From NCBI GenBank assembly GCA_036012755.1, contig DASCPX010000070.1, positions 64,001-128,000 of the forward strand: DNA of 64,000 nt, read 5' to 3'. The translations under genes and the position numbers were made by a program. Below are positions 29,696 to 38,196 of this stretch, piece by piece (the first letter of the stretch is position 1; the number at the start of each line of letters is the position of its first letter). The DNA is from Myxococcota bacterium. Lineage in GTDB: Bacteria; Myxococcota_A; UBA796; CAJQPC01. The notes beneath the pieces were generated by a model. It was not told the origin of the DNA, searched no databases, and worked only from the letters and a program-made list of their open reading frames with translations.

Positions 29696-31087
29696 GTGAA
29701 GCCCACCGACTGGCTCGGCCTGTCCCTAGCAGTGGCTTCCGGGGTGATCCTCGTCATGGTCACCCTGAACACCCCTGTCCCCGCCTCGGATCTGCCTGGC
29801 TACCTGGCCATGGCCCGGGACGGGGTCCTCGACGTCGACGTCGGCACGTGGGCCGAGGGCCGGGAGTTCGTCAACGGCAGCTGGCTCTACCAGCGAGCGG
29901 CCTGGGAGCTCTTCCAGCTCGGCGGGTGGGAGCTCCTCGTCGCCCTCAACGCGCTGGCGGTAGCTGGTGCCCTGGTCCTGGTCGGGCGCGTGGGCTGGGA
30001 GCGTGGCCGGGGAGTCGGCGCTGGCGTCGCCGTGCTCATCGCCTCTCTGCTCATGATGCAGAACACGGCCATGCGGCCCCAGACCGCGGCCTTCCTGCTC
30101 GCGGCGCTCGTGCTGTGGGCGCCTCGGACCTGGCACGTCGGCGTCTTGACGATCCTGTGGGCCAACGTGCACGGCAGCTTCGTGCTCGCTCCCGCCCTCG
30201 CCGGGATCCGCGCGCGGGATCCCTGGCGTGTGGGCGTGGCGGCGCTGGCCTGGCTCGCCAACCCCTTCGGCTGGGAGCTGTTGTCCTACGTCTTCGACAA
30301 CTCCTCGCTCCCTGCGGAGAGGGGGCTCGACGAGTGGTCCGCGACCCCCCTGTTGTCTCCGATCGGCTTGCGCCTGTTCTGCGCTCTGGCTGTCGGCCTC
30401 GGCCTCGCCATCAAGCGCCGGCCTCCGGTCTTCGAGGTCATCGTCGCTGGCGTGCTCGCCGTGCTCGCGCTCACCGCGGTGCGGCACGTGGCCTGGCTCG
30501 GCCTGGTGCTCGGGCCTCTCGTCGCCGGGTGGCTTCCGCGCGCTCCCGCTGGCCAGAGCCGCTTCGCTCGGGTCGTCTTCCTGGCTGTCGCCGCGGTCGC
30601 CTTGTGCGGGATCGTCCGCTTCCTGCCCTGGCTTCGAGCGCCGCCCACCTCGCGCGCAGAGGACGCCTGGCTCGAGCCCCAGGCCCCCGTAGAGGTCCTC
30701 TCTGCGCTCGATCAGCTCGATCCTGGCGAGGTCCTCGTGCCCTTCGCCGTCGGCGGGCTGGTGCGCTGGCGGCACCCTCGCTGGCGGGTGCCTGTCGATG
30801 TCCGTGTCTGGCTCTACAGCGACGCGGAGTGGGCCGCCTACGAGCGCACGAGGAGCAGCCCAGCGGCGCTCGTCCTCGTGGACCGCCACCGCGAGAGCGG
30901 CCTGGACCGCCACACGGGCCACTGGGTCGTGCTCGCCGAGGACGGTCGCTGGAGCCTGCGCTCACCCCCCGAAGAGGTCCCGGTTCCTGAGGTGCCGCTC
31001 CCGGACGAGCCCCTCCCCGCGGAGCTGCTCGAGCGCCTCGATGACCTCGACGACATCAGAGGGCTCGCTGCGCCCACCCCGCCTTGA
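29696..31087 (+). CDS. polytopic membrane protein, GT-C-like
   Basis: WANVHGSF, ANPFG, EW, VDVR motifs; 3' end overlaps tatD by 126 bp. Confidence 0.65.
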   Translation: MKPTDWLGLSLAVASGVILVMVTLNTPVPASDLPGYLAMARDGVLDVDVGTWAEGREFVNGSWLYQRAAWELFQLGGWELLVALNALAVAGALVLVGRVGWERGRGVGAGVAVLIASLLMMQNTAMRPQTAAFLLAALVLWAPRTWHVGVLTILWANVHGSFVLAPALAGIRARDPWRVGVAALAWLANPFGWELLSYVFDNSSLPAERGLDEWSATPLLSPIGLRLFCALAVGLGLAIKRRPPVFEVIVAGVLAVLALTAVRHVAWLGLVLGPLVAGWLPRAPAGQSRFARVVFLAVAAVALCGIVRFLPWLRAPPTSRAEDAWLEPQAPVEVLSALDQLDPGEVLVPFAVGGLVRWRHPRWRVPVDVRVWLYSDAEWAAYERTRSSPAALVLVDRHRESGLDRHTGHWVVLAEDGRWSLRSPPEEVPVPEVPLPDEPLPAELLERLDDLDDIRGLAAPTPP

Positions 31088-31675
31088 CTGGGGGGCCTGA
31101 CCGGGCCCGTCGGACTCCACGAAGAGCCGTTCGAGCGGCACGACCGCGGCTGCTCGTCTGGGTCTCCTGGCCTCCGTCCAGGTCACGGCCCCACCGAAGC
31201 TGAAGCACAGCCCGAGCTCTGAGAAGGCGGGCACCAGCTCCGCCGAGCCCGAGTAGCTGTGCATCAACCCGCTCAGCGGCGCGAAGGGTCGGAGCATCTC
31301 GAGGAGCGCCACATGGGCGCGAACGCAGTGGAGCAGCACTGGCAGGCCCCAGTCCTTCGCGAGCTCGAGCTGGCGCCTCAGGACGGCCCGCTGCCGCTGC
31401 ATCCGGGGTCGAGTCCCGTCCAGACCGCACTCCCCGACGGCGCAGGCCCCCTGAAGCGGGATGTCATCGAAGTCCGCCAGGAACCAGGGGTGCACACCGA
31501 GGGCCCAGGACAGGCCGTGCTCCTCTGCGCACGCCCGGGTGCGCGCCCAGGTCGACGGATGGGTGCCCGGGATCAGGACGCCGTCGACCCCCGCGGCGCG
31601 CGCCCGCGCCACAACCGCGTCGCGGTCTTCGTCGAACTCGGGGAAGTCGAGGTGGCAGTGGGTGTCGAGCGAAGC
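30962..31675 (-). CDS. tatD: TatD family metallohydrolase/DNase (no canonical start codon before the DTHCH motif)
   Basis: LDTHCHLD, GVHPW, VGECGLD, LHCVRAH, HSYSGS, ESDGP; frame begins straight after the pal TGA. Confidence 0.85.
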   Translation of the reverse strand, partial: ASLDTHCHLDFPEFDEDRDAVVARARAAGVDGVLIPGTHPSTWARTRACAEEHGLSWALGVHPWFLADFDDIPLQGACAVGECGLDGTRPRMQRQRAVLRRQLELAKDWGLPVLLHCVRAHVALLEMLRPFAPLSGLMHSYSGSAELVPAFSELGLCFSFGGAVTWTEARRPRRAAAVVPLERLFVESDGPGQAPQSRRGGRSEPSDVVEVIEALEQLRGEGLVRERHLRNRDLFGG

Positions 31676-32215
31676 TCAGTCCGTGGACGACTTGACCGCG
31701 CCGTTGCCACCCCAGGTGACGATGAACTCGGCTCGCCTGTTCTGCGACCAGGCGCGCTCGTTGGAGTCGCCGGTGAGCGGGGCCTCTTCGCCGTAGCTGA
31801 TGACCGCCAGCCGAGAGGGCGCCACCCCAGAGCTGATCATGTAGTCCTTGACCGCGTTGGCGCGCCTGTCGCCAAGGGCCAGGTTGTACTCGGTCGCCCC
31901 GCGCTCGTCGGCGTGACCCTGCACCTGCACCTTGACGTTCGGATGGACCTGCAGGATCTGGATGTTCGCGTCCAGCGCTGCGCGGGACTCCGGCGAGAGC
32001 TCGCTCACGTCGAAGTCGAAGTAGACCTTGTTGAAGTTGTCGACGATGGTCTGCACGTGCTGCGGGATTGTCGACGCGTCCTCGCTGCCGGAGCCGTCCG
32101 TACCGTCCGCCGTGCCGTCCGTGAGCTCGGGCGGGACCTCTGTGACCTCGCCCTTGTTGCGCTTGCAGGTCGCGGCCATGGTCAGTGTCAGGAACAAGAG
32201 CGTGGTGATGCGCAT
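31676..32215 (-). CDS. pal: peptidoglycan-associated lipoprotein / OmpA family
   Basis: VYFDFD, GHADERG..EYNLALGDRRA, ISYGEE.P, NRRAEF; AGGAGG RBS. Confidence 0.93.
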   Translation of the reverse strand: MRITTLLFLTLTMAATCKRNKGEVTEVPPELTDGTADGTDGSGSEDASTIPQHVQTIVDNFNKVYFDFDVSELSPESRAALDANIQILQVHPNVKVQVQGHADERGATEYNLALGDRRANAVKDYMISSGVAPSRLAVISYGEEAPLTGDSNERAWSQNRRAEFIVTWGGNGAVKSSTD

Positions 32216-32302
32216 GCTGGGATGCCTCCTATTCAGGATCCTATCGTGATCTTCAAGAGTTCGCACCGATCTTGGGCGTGATGGAATAGCCTCGCACTTG
32301 TC

Positions 32303-33292
32303 ATGTCGACACCGCCTCTCCATCACTGGTCGGAACTGGCCGGACTGCCATGGCGGCCGCTGTCCGGCGGCTTGATCAACAACACCTGGGTCGTCGGGGT
32401 TCCTCCTGTCGCGGTCGTGCAGGAGCTCAACCCGATCTTCCCGCCCCGCGTGAACGAGGACATAGAGGCCGTCACCGCTCACGTCGCCTCGCGGGGCATG
32501 TGCACGCCGCGGCTGCTCACAACGGTCGGAGGCGAGCTCTGCTCGGGTCGGTGGCGGGCCCTGAGCTTCGTGCCCGGGCAGACCTTCGACAAGCTCTCCG
32601 AGCCGCGCGTGGCGGCCGCTGCCGGCGCCCTGGTCGCCCGCTGGCACCGGGCCACCAGCGACCTCGAGCACGACTTCGCCTTCTCTCGGCCCCTGGCCCA
32701 TCACACGCCTCACCACATGACCGTGCTGGAGAGCGCCCTGGACGAGCATCGGACACACCGGCTCAGGGGTGACGTCGCCGGGCTCGCAGAGGGCATCCTG
32801 GGGGGCTGGCGGAGCTGGCAGGGCGACCTCGACGAGCCGACCCGCGTGGCCCACGGGGACCTCAAGGTCAGCAACCTGCGCTTCGACGAGGAGGGCGGCG
32901 GCGTCTGCCTGCTCGACCTGGACACGATGGGGCAGCTGCCGCTGTCGGTGGAGCTAGGGGACGCCTGGCGCAGCTGGTGCAACCCCGCCGCAGAGGACGT
33001 CCTGGACGCCCAGTTCTCCCTCCCGCTCTTCGAGGCCAGCGCCAGGGCCTACCTCGACGTCCACCCACTCTCCGCCGAGCAGCGCGAGCGCCTCCCCGCC
33101 GGCATCGAGCGCATCTGCCTGGAGCTCGCCGCCCGCTTCGCCGCCGACGCCTTGAACGAGACCTACTTCGGCTGGAGCGCCGAGGTCGCCCCCACCAGGG
33201 GCGAGCACAACCTCCTCCGTGCCCGAGGTCAGCTCAGCCTTGCCCGCTCGGTCCGCCGCGAGCGCGCCTCGATCGACTCGCTCATCGCCTGA
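32303..33292 (+). CDS. APH/choline-kinase-like phosphotransferase
   Basis: GGLINNTW, HGDLKVSN, LDLDT. Confidence 0.85.
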   Translation: MSTPPLHHWSELAGLPWRPLSGGLINNTWVVGVPPVAVVQELNPIFPPRVNEDIEAVTAHVASRGMCTPRLLTTVGGELCSGRWRALSFVPGQTFDKLSEPRVAAAAGALVARWHRATSDLEHDFAFSRPLAHHTPHHMTVLESALDEHRTHRLRGDVAGLAEGILGGWRSWQGDLDEPTRVAHGDLKVSNLRFDEEGGGVCLLDLDTMGQLPLSVELGDAWRSWCNPAAEDVLDAQFSLPLFEASARAYLDVHPLSAEQRERLPAGIERICLELAARFAADALNETYFGWSAEVAPTRGEHNLLRARGQLSLARSVRRERASIDSLIA

Positions 33293-34199
33293 GCAGGGCG
33301 ACGACCTTGCCGAGCACCCCGCCCTCGAGGGCCGTGTGGGCCTCGGACAGGTCCTCGAAGACCCCTCCGACGTGAGCCCTCAACCGTCCCGCCCGGACCT
33401 CCTCCCACATGGCCTGGAGGTCCTCGCGGGTCCCCATCGTCGAGCCGATGAGCTCCTGCTGCTTGAAGAAGAGCACGCGCAGATCGATCTCCACCGTCGC
33501 GCCGGTGGTGGCGCCGCAGGTCACGAGCCGTCCTCTCCAGTCCAGGGCGCGCAGGCTGCGTGGCCAGGTCGCGGCGCCGACGTGCTCGATCACCACGTCG
33601 CTCCTCGGGAAGCGCTCGGCGTCGGAGTCGAGGACCGTGTCGGCGCCGAGCTCGAGGCAGAGCTCGCGCTTGGCCGGGCTCCGGGCCGTCGCCACCACGT
33701 GGCACCCGGCGTTGTGAGCGATCTGGACGGCGAAGTGCCCGACGCCGCTGGTCCCCCCGATGACGAGGACTCGCTCACCCTGCTGGATCCTGGCCTTTCG
33801 CAGCATCTGCCAGGCCGTGAGCGCTGACAGGGCGATGGGCGCCGCGTCCACGGTCGAGAGCCCCTCGGGGATGGGCAGCAGGCTCTCCTCGGGCACTGAA
33901 ACGAGCTCGCGGTACCAGCCGTCGATGGACTCCCCGCGGATGTGGCCGTCGAGGGTCTGGGGGGCCAGGGCGACCCGCTGACCGGTGTCGACGACGACCC
34001 CGGCTGCGTCCGAGCCGGGTACCAGCGGCAGGGGGAAGCGATGGCCCGGGACCCCTCGGCGGACCCAGAGATCCAGGTGGTTGAGACCCACCGCCTCGAC
34101 GCGCACGAGCACTTCGCCCTCGGCCGGATCCGGGGCCTTCACCTGCTCCTCGATCAGGGCCTCGGTGCCCCCGTGTTCGTGGACGCGGATCTGACGCAT
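33282..34199 (-). CDS. MDR-family NAD(P)-dependent oxidoreductase (quinone reductase-like)
   Basis: LNHLDLW.R.G, PGSDAAG, GGTSGVG, GKV. Confidence 0.9.
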   Translation of the reverse strand: MRQIRVHEHGGTEALIEEQVKAPDPAEGEVLVRVEAVGLNHLDLWVRRGVPGHRFPLPLVPGSDAAGVVVDTGQRVALAPQTLDGHIRGESIDGWYRELVSVPEESLLPIPEGLSTVDAAPIALSALTAWQMLRKARIQQGERVLVIGGTSGVGHFAVQIAHNAGCHVVATARSPAKRELCLELGADTVLDSDAERFPRSDVVIEHVGAATWPRSLRALDWRGRLVTCGATTGATVEIDLRVLFFKQQELIGSTMGTREDLQAMWEEVRAGRLRAHVGGVFEDLSEAHTALEGGVLGKVVALLRR

Positions 34200-34228
34200 A
34201 GGGGGTCTCCAGGGTGTACAAACCGCGC

Positions 34229-35138
34229 GTGTTGCTCCTATCCCTCGCGCTGGCCTCGCCCCACACGGAGCAGCTCGTCGTCCCGCCTCGCGTGGGGGAG
34301 CGCGTGCCCCCCGGGCCGCCGCCCGAGGTCTGGGTCTACGGCTACTGGGCGTTCTGGGCCGGGGATCTGGAGGACATCGACTGGTCCCGGCTCCACACCC
34401 TCTATCGACTGGCGCGGCGCCTACGACTACGACGAGCTGGCTTTCGCCTCCGACGGTCTGTTCATCATGGGCTACGGCTACCACTCGTCGGGGTCCAACC
34501 CGGGGCCGCTGTCTCCTCTCCACGGCGGGGACCCCTGGTCGCGCTACAGCCTCGAGTGGACCGTCGAGGACTACATCAAGTGGGGCTGTCCTCCGGACAA
34601 GATCATCGTCGGTCTCCCGCTGTATGGCCGCGAGTGGCCCACCACGGACAACTCCGTCCCTGGCACCGCCACCGCGGACAGCAGCTCGGTGACCTTCTCG
34701 AAGGCCTGGACCTACGCCGAGAGCAACGAGACCTTCTACGACACGGTCACCGACACGCCCTACATGTTCCGCAGCTCCACCTCGCAGCTCTGGTACGACG
34801 ACACCGACAGCATCGGGGTCAAGATCGCCTGGGCGGTGGAGACGGAGCTCCTCGGCGTCGGCTTCTGGGCCCTGAACTACGATGGCGGCGATCCGGACTT
34901 CTGGCAGATGGTGTCTGACCAGACGACCTCTGATGAGCCGGTCGACACGGGCTCGCTGGATTCCGGCACCGACTCGGCCTCCGACTCGGACGCGCGCCCC
35001 GGGCGAGGCTCGTCCTGGGGGGACGAGGACACCCCGCGCGCCTGCGGCTGCGACGGCAGCGGTGGTCTCGGCGCGGCCTGGGTCCTGACACTGATCCTCG
35101 TGTCCCGGTCCAGGCGCAGGGCTCCTGACGACAGTTAG
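34229..35138 (+). pseudogene. GH18-family glycoside hydrolase with MYXO-CTERM-like tail; frameshift and internal deletion near 34394
   Basis: Frame 1: VYGYW...IDWSRL; frame 2: TPSIDW...FIMGY..H, KIIVGLPLYG, WYDD..S...K, GVGFWAL.YD, CGC..TM-RRR; DxDxE motif absent. Confidence 0.75.
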
Positions 35139-35160
35139 TGATTCCGACCCCTTGGCCAGA

Positions 35161-35176
35161 TGGCACAATGCTTGCT
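35161..35176 (+). promoter_or_regulatory. sigma-54 (-24/-12) promoter
   Basis: TGGCAC-AATGC-TTGCT, exact match to TGGCAC-N5-TTGCW; GGAGG at 35190-35194, ATG at 35200. Confidence 0.8.
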
Positions 35177-35199
35177 GCAGGGCTGTGACGGAGGCCTGA

Positions 35200-35991
35200 A
35201 TGTCCGTCTTGTTGTTCCTCTCGCCTGCACACGCCGACGCCGACGCCATGGAGCCGGAGTGCAGTCTCGTCACCGTCACCGACACACTTCCCGGCCCAGA
35301 GGCCGTGGGTGTGCCCCTCGATGTGTCCCCGGCCGCTCTCTTCTGGGGTGACTGCGACGGTCCAGACCAGTGGACCCTCGAGATCACAGAGGACGGCGAG
35401 GTCGTTGCCAGCGACGTCTTCGACTTCGACTGGTCCGGGCGCCCCCAGCAGATGCGCCTCCACCTGGACGTCGAGCTCGCCCCCGACACCGACTACGAGC
35501 TCCGCGTCGTCCCCGGCGAGGGTGGCTACTCCGAGCCCGCGACCGTCGGCTTCACCACGGGCACAGAGCTCTCCGGTGGCCTCAGCGGCGACCCGCTCAT
35601 CACAGAGGCCGAGGCCTGGTTCTACGACTTCGACACCTCCGTCGAGGTCGGTGGGTCGTTCACGGTCTCCCCTGCCATCGACGCCGATGGGCTCTCACTG
35701 CTCCACTTCGTCGACGAGGACGGCGAGATCCTCCAGACCCGCGTTGTCGGTGATGGAGAGGTCGAGTTCACCGCCCAGACCACCTGGGCGACCTCTGCAC
35801 CCACAGAGGACATCTGCTACTCCGTCTTCCAGGAGGACGCCGCGGGGCTGGCCTCGGCGGTGGAGACGGTCTGCGTCGGCGCCGACGAGCGCTTCGTCGA
35901 GGAAGACAGGCGCGGCTGCTCCACCGGTGGCCTCGCCCCCACGGCGCTCTTCGGTCTCATCGGTCTCCTCGGACTGCGGAGGCGGCGATGA
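35200..35991 (+). CDS. MYXO-CTERM-type surface protein, paralog 1 (Ig-like domains)
   Basis: VPLD..P, L.PDTDYEL, FTTG; tail GCSTGG-hydrophobic-RRRR. Confidence 0.8.
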   Translation: MSVLLFLSPAHADADAMEPECSLVTVTDTLPGPEAVGVPLDVSPAALFWGDCDGPDQWTLEITEDGEVVASDVFDFDWSGRPQQMRLHLDVELAPDTDYELRVVPGEGGYSEPATVGFTTGTELSGGLSGDPLITEAEAWFYDFDTSVEVGGSFTVSPAIDADGLSLLHFVDEDGEILQTRVVGDGEVEFTAQTTWATSAPTEDICYSVFQEDAAGLASAVETVCVGADERFVEEDRRGCSTGGLAPTALFGLIGLLGLRRRR

Positions 35992-36710
35992 CGCTCGCGC
36001 TCATCGCGGTGGCCTCCGCGGACATGGAGATCCAGATCTGCGAGGGCCCCCGGGTCATCGCCAGCATCCCCCGGCACGGGGACGTCGAGGTCCCCGTCGA
36101 CCTCGCCCCCGTGCTGGTCTTCGACTACTGCGACGCCAGCCAGACCGCCACGGTCCGTCTCTACGAGGATGACCTGATGGTGCTGGAGGAGGACATCTCG
36201 GAGGACGGTCTCACGACCATCTTCGAGCTGGACTGGGAGCAGTCGGCGGGCAGCAGCTACCACGTCCGCGTGACCCCCAGCGACGGCGGCGAAGAGGTCA
36301 TCATCGACTGGCTCGTCGGTGAGGAGCTGCTCGTCGAGAGCGACATCGGTCCGACGATCAGCAGCGTCGACGAAGACAGAAGCGGCAGGATCGGCACGCT
36401 CTACGCCTACGTGGACCCGGGCCCCCAGCCGAACGAGCTGCCAGCCATCTTCGAACTCCGCGACGACGACGGCGAGGTGCTCGACCGCACCTGGCGGTGG
36501 GACGCCGGCTCCTCGGTCACCCTCTGGGGCGCCTTCTCCGGCGAGCAGCGCTTCGACGCCTGCGTGACCGCCTTCCAGCGCAGCCCCGACGGCGCCTGGC
36601 TCGAGGGGGACACCCACTGCGAGTCGAAGGTCGGCTGCTCCACCGCCGGTGGTGTCGCCTCTCTCTTCGCGGTCCTGCTCAGCCTGCTCGGACTCAGGAG
36701 GCGCAAGTGA
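35988..36710 (+). CDS. MYXO-CTERM-type surface protein, paralog 2
   Basis: ATGA-coupled; VPVD.AP..FD.C; tail GCSTAGG-hydrophobic-RRRK. Confidence 0.8.
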   Translation: MTLALIAVASADMEIQICEGPRVIASIPRHGDVEVPVDLAPVLVFDYCDASQTATVRLYEDDLMVLEEDISEDGLTTIFELDWEQSAGSSYHVRVTPSDGGEEVIIDWLVGEELLVESDIGPTISSVDEDRSGRIGTLYAYVDPGPQPNELPAIFELRDDDGEVLDRTWRWDAGSSVTLWGAFSGEQRFDACVTAFQRSPDGAWLEGDTHCESKVGCSTAGGVASLFAVLLSLLGLRRRK

Positions 36711-37456
36711 TCCACCTCCTGATGCTCTCGTCTGCCCACCCCTACGTCGCCGGTGACATGGCTCCGGCGTGCACCTTCGACCGCGTCACGGCGACCCTGC
36801 CTGCTGCGGAGGAGCTCGACGTCGCCACGGACATCGTGCCGACCTTCTTCCTCTCCGACTGCGGTGCTGTGAGCTCTACGGGCACTGCCAGCGTCTACGT
36901 CGACGACGAGCTCGTTCACGAGCAGTCCGTCGAGGACATCGGCGGCGTCTACAGCTTCATCGAGGTCGACGTCCTCCTCGAGCCGGACACGGACTACGAG
37001 ATCTGGCTCGCACCCGACGGTGGAGGCGAGGACACGCTGCTGAGCTTCAGCACGGGGTCGCGCTCCGCCGAACTCGGCGCCGGCGCCCCGGTCGTGGATG
37101 ACGGTGTCGACTGGGAGTGGTACCGCAAGTCCAAGGTGGCGAGCTTCTTCCTGGAGTTCGACGCAGCGGTCGATCCGGAGGGTGTCAGCTACGTCGAGGC
37201 CATCGGACCCGACGACGAGATCTGGGGCACGGTGCTCGTGCTCGGCGAGGGCCCCCACTACCTCAGCGGTGATGTCGCCCAGGAGTCCCGGCCACGGGAT
37301 GTCTGCTTGACCCTGTCCCACCGCCAGGCCGATGGGTCCTTCGTCGAGGGAGACACCGTCTGCGAGGATGGCCGGGTCGGCTGTTCGACTGGGGCCCTTG
37401 GTGCGGCGCTGATGCCGGCGCTGTTCGGCCTCCTGATGCTGCGGAGGCGTAGATGA
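36707..37456 (+). CDS. MYXO-CTERM-type surface protein, paralog 3
   Basis: GTGA-coupled; LEPDTDYEI, DVCLTL, EGDTVC; tail GCSTG-hydrophobic-RRRR. Confidence 0.8.
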   Translation: MIHLLMLSSAHPYVAGDMAPACTFDRVTATLPAAEELDVATDIVPTFFLSDCGAVSSTGTASVYVDDELVHEQSVEDIGGVYSFIEVDVLLEPDTDYEIWLAPDGGGEDTLLSFSTGSRSAELGAGAPVVDDGVDWEWYRKSKVASFFLEFDAAVDPEGVSYVEAIGPDDEIWGTVLVLGEGPHYLSGDVAQESRPRDVCLTLSHRQADGSFVEGDTVCEDGRVGCSTGALGAALMPALFGLLMLRRRR

Positions 37457-38196
37457 TCTGGATGAGCCTGGCGCTGGCGGACCCTGCCGCGGACACCGGG
37501 ATCGGCTGCTCCTCGGACTCGCTGTATGCCACGAGCCCGCACAACGACTCCAGCGACGTGCCCGTCGATCTGCTGCCGACCATCTTCTTCTCCGACTGTC
37601 CGGGTGTCGGCGCCAGCGGCCTCGTAGAGGTCCATGTCGACGACGAGCTGGTCCACACAGAGGTCGTCGCTCACGACGGCGAGGGCGACTATTCCTGGGT
37701 GGCCCTCGGCCTGGAGCTGGAGGCGGAGACGTCCTACGTGCTGGTCTACACCCCGGAGGATGGCGGCCAGGAGACGCAGATCGGCTGGACCACCGGGACG
37801 CGCTCGGCGAGCCTGCTGTCCCGCGCACCGGAGCACGAAGAGCCCGTCGAGTGGGGCTGGAACCGCGGCACGGAGAGCGGCAACGTGGTCGTCCACGCCG
37901 ACGCCGCCGGCAGCTCGGAGGGGCCGACCTTCATCGAGGCTCGGGACTCGGAGGGAGAGCTCTGGGGCAACGCGGCACTCGCTGGCAGCCACAACGGCAC
38001 GCTCTACGCCCGAGCCGCCGGCGAGCGTCCAGCGGACGTCTGCCTGACCTTGTGGCAGCGGGACGTCGAGGGGAGCTGGCTCGAGGGCGGCACGGACTGC
38101 CTCGACGGCAAGGCCGGCGGTTGCTCCACCGGGGGCCTCGCCGCAGGACTGCTTCCGGCTATCCTGGGGCTGATCGGGCTCCGGAGACGCAGATGA
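37453..38196 (+). CDS. MYXO-CTERM-type surface protein, paralog 4
   Basis: ATGA-coupled; VPVD..PT.FFSDC, DVCLTL, EGGTDC; tail GCSTGG-hydrophobic-RRRR. Confidence 0.8.
   Translation: MIWMSLALADPAADTGIGCSSDSLYATSPHNDSSDVPVDLLPTIFFSDCPGVGASGLVEVHVDDELVHTEVVAHDGEGDYSWVALGLELEAETSYVLVYTPEDGGQETQIGWTTGTRSASLLSRAPEHEEPVEWGWNRGTESGNVVVHADAAGSSEGPTFIEARDSEGELWGNAALAGSHNGTLYARAAGERPADVCLTLWQRDVEGSWLEGGTDCLDGKAGGCSTGGLAAGLLPAILGLIGLRRRR

Noticed and set aside
31640..31678. Selenocysteine recoding of the pal UGA
   Set aside because: UGA is at the normal end of Pal, not at a Cys-equivalent position, and no convincing SECIS-like hairpin is visible
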